Sequence record: OL615011
DNA: 64,000 bases
From: Shigella phage vB_SboS_Gloob
Strand: one strand, 5' to 3'
Under the pieces are notes generated by a model, which saw nothing but the letters and a program-made list of their open reading frames with translations, was not told where the DNA came from and ran no database searches. Made by a program: the position numbers and the translations under genes. This document shows, piece after piece, positions 62,117-64,000 of this stretch; position 1 is the stretch's first letter, and each line of letters begins with the position of its first letter.

Positions 62117-64000
62117 TTAGCTTAGATTTAGACTAAACCCACCATTTGACTTGCTTATCATACCACGAACAGTTTTGTTGCCTCCACCGCTGTATTCGTC
62201 ATATTGCATTTTGACATTTACAGCGATGTTGGCGTCAATTGAATCCCATCCAGCAAAGTTCAGGAACACATTTCCGCTAGTGTCTACTGATATTGTTGGC
62301 GTGGCGGCTGTTCCTTTTGTGAACGTACTTTGCACTGAACCTTCCATTGTGCTTGCTGCTGGAGTTGTGCCCATCACCAATGTTCCCTGCAATCGCCCAT
62401 GCCATGCGCTAGAAACACCTGAAACCGGGGAGTTGGCTACAACATCAACCGTCCACAAACTTACGTTTCGGTACGTACTCACAGTGCCAATTTTAAAATT
62501 CCTGGAATCTCCAGCGGCTTTAATGAACAGCATTGAACCCGTAGCGCATTTACTTGAATCAGGCGCTGCACCTACAGATGCAAAATCAGAGAATGTGCAA
62601 TTATCAAATTTTACTTTGCTATAATCGGTAGCTGTTAACTTAGCTTCTGGCGCATTAACATTTTCGAATTTAACTCCGCCATAGTTCGCCACTGCGCCTG
62701 TAAGCTGATTGGTATTGACATATACATCACCACCATTCAGCTTTCGGACCACCAGGTCACGACAGATAAATCCGTTAATAGAATCTCCCGACGTCCAGTT
62801 GTCGTTGGTGTTGAAGTTAAAGAACCATGCATGGTTACCAGAGTCTCCGCCGCCAAGTTCTATGCGTCCGGTGATCACAATATTTGAATAACCATATCCA
62901 CGCGGGTTATTATCTGCTACAGACTCGTCAATCAGCTTTGTTGCGCCAATAACACTTCCCCAATTCCCCCCGACGACATCATAATTGATGGTTATGTTAC
63001 GCATCAGTCCGGCAATCATCGTCTCTGTTATGGTGCTGTCCCAACCCCAATCCAGCCATATTGGTGCTACGCGGTACGGAAGCGTGTAACGCCCTGTGCT
63101 ACGATATTTGTAATTGACTGTAAGATTAGATATTTGATTATCCATGTTACCGTTATAGAAATACATTTTGATTGGCGTACCCTGTTGAGTATCAATGGCA
63201 TCAACAGTTATCTGGCCACCACCACAATTGTTCGTCAGAAAGAAATCACGACGGCAACCATTATTAACTGTATGGATGTCAACTACACCAACATTACCAA
63301 GGAGATGTGGATAGCGAGTGTCATTGTTCACACTGCGAGCAAAAAGATTTTTTACATTAGTACATTCGTAGCCCTGATAGCACTTGTTAGTCTTGCCAAT
63401 AAATGTGAAATTATTGCATCCATTCAGGCGCAGCGGGGTTAGTCCGCGTTTGTCATCACCGACATACTCAAGGGTGGAAGAAGCATCCACTTCAAACACC
63501 AGATTGGTGATATTCGTCAGGTCGAACACGCGCGTCAGGTCAAATGCACCGGAGTAAAGCAGGGTGTCCCTGATAACCAGTCCGCGAATTTCAAGGCAGT
63601 CCATATTACTTAAAGTAAAGATGGTACTAAGACCGCCACTACCAGGACCAAAGTTCACAACCTGGTCAAAAATAATTTCAACACTTTTTAGGTTGTTAGA
63701 CGTGATGTAAGACTGTAAAGATTGCAGTGTACCGAATCGGGAGAAGTAAAGGACACGTTTGTTTACAACCGAATCAAGAGCATCTTTTACTGTAGATGAT
63801 TCGTATCCGACAAGACTTGCCTTTTCACCCGTCAGCAGTTCAGAACCCAGCGTTTTGCTTTCAACGCTAACCCATGCTGAAGATGATACACCACCAGTTG
63901 ATTGTGGTGTTGAGTTTTTGTCTACAGTCTTGGGCAAAGACCCACCCCAGGTATAACACTGGGCACCATTGATGTGCCACACGGCGTCGGTTGCGGTCGT
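62117..64000 (-). CDS. tailspike protein C, 5' end beyond the right window edge
   Basis: ORF track 62117..63982 begins at a GTG inside the shared motif (VWHINGAQCYTWGGSLPKTV); the frame stays open to position 64000. Confidence 0.6.
   Translation of the reverse strand, partial: TTATDAVWHINGAQCYTWGGSLPKTVDKNSTPQSTGGVSSSAWVSVESKTLGSELLTGEKASLVGYESSTVKDALDSVVNKRVLYFSRFGTLQSLQSYITSNNLKSVEIIFDQVVNFGPGSGGLSTIFTLSNMDCLEIRGLVIRDTLLYSGAFDLTRVFDLTNITNLVFEVDASSTLEYVGDDKRGLTPLRLNGCNNFTFIGKTNKCYQGYECTNVKNLFARSVNNDTRYPHLLGNVGVVDIHTVNNGCRRDFFLTNNCGGGQITVDAIDTQQGTPIKMYFYNGNMDNQISNLTVNYKYRSTGRYTLPYRVAPIWLDWGWDSTITETMIAGLMRNITINYDVVGGNWGSVIGATKLIDESVADNNPRGYGYSNIVITGRIELGGGDSGNHAWFFNFNTNDNWTSGDSINGFICRDLVVRKLNGGDVYVNTNQLTGAVANYGGVKFENVNAPEAKLTATDYSKVKFDNCTFSDFASVGAAPDSSKCATGSMLFIKAAGDSRNFKIGTVSTYRNVSLWTVDVVANSPVSGVSSAWHGRLQGTLVMGTTPAASTMEGSVQSTFTKGTAATPTISVDTSGNVFLNFAGWDSIDANIAVNVKMQYDEYSGGGNKTVRGMISKSNGGFSLNLS

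Noticed and set aside
1-64000. Prophage or integrative element, CRISPR array, rRNA
   Set aside because: No integrase, repressor, attachment-site repeats, direct-repeat/spacer arrays or rRNA-like sequence were seen; gene content is that of a virulent T4-like phage. tRNA genes were not systematically searched and cannot be excluded

Overview
This 64 kb window reads as a contiguous piece of a virulent T4-superfamily myovirus genome, with almost every gene on the minus strand and no integrase, repressor, CRISPR array or rRNA seen (tRNAs were not systematically searched). Calls rest on by-eye comparison with remembered T4 and E. coli proteins, synteny and motifs; nothing was searched against a database. 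Reading right to left in transcription order, the window holds: (i) 1-11 kb, a recombination/replication block (gp55-like late sigma factor, Mre11/Rad50-like gp47/gp46, RNase HI, a DinG-like Fe-S helicase, HU); (ii) 12-16 kb, small exported and membrane proteins plus an ACP-like protein lacking its attachment serine; (iii) 18.8-21.3 kb, a compact two-gene operon pairing a NAMPT-family enzyme with a PRPP-synthetase-family enzyme; (iv) 26.5-32.7 kb, RegA, clamp loader gp62/gp44, sliding clamp gp45, UvsW and UvsY-like; (v) 38-64 kb, a T4-like morphogenesis module (major capsid gp23, scaffold, prohead protease, portal, tail tube, sheath, terminase, neck proteins), a 1613-aa structural protein and three paralogous beta-helix tailspike genes. 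The most interesting candidates are the NAMPT/PRPS pair as a possible phage NAD+ reconstitution (anti-defence) module, and a 159-aa mini-intein inserted in the terminase P-loop. A recurring CTAAATAcc motif upstream of late genes, together with the tailspike cluster, suggests an Ackermannviridae (ViI-like) phage; this is inference. CDS coordinates derive from the ORF track by codon arithmetic; promoter and hairpin coordinates were read by eye and may be off by 1-2 nt.
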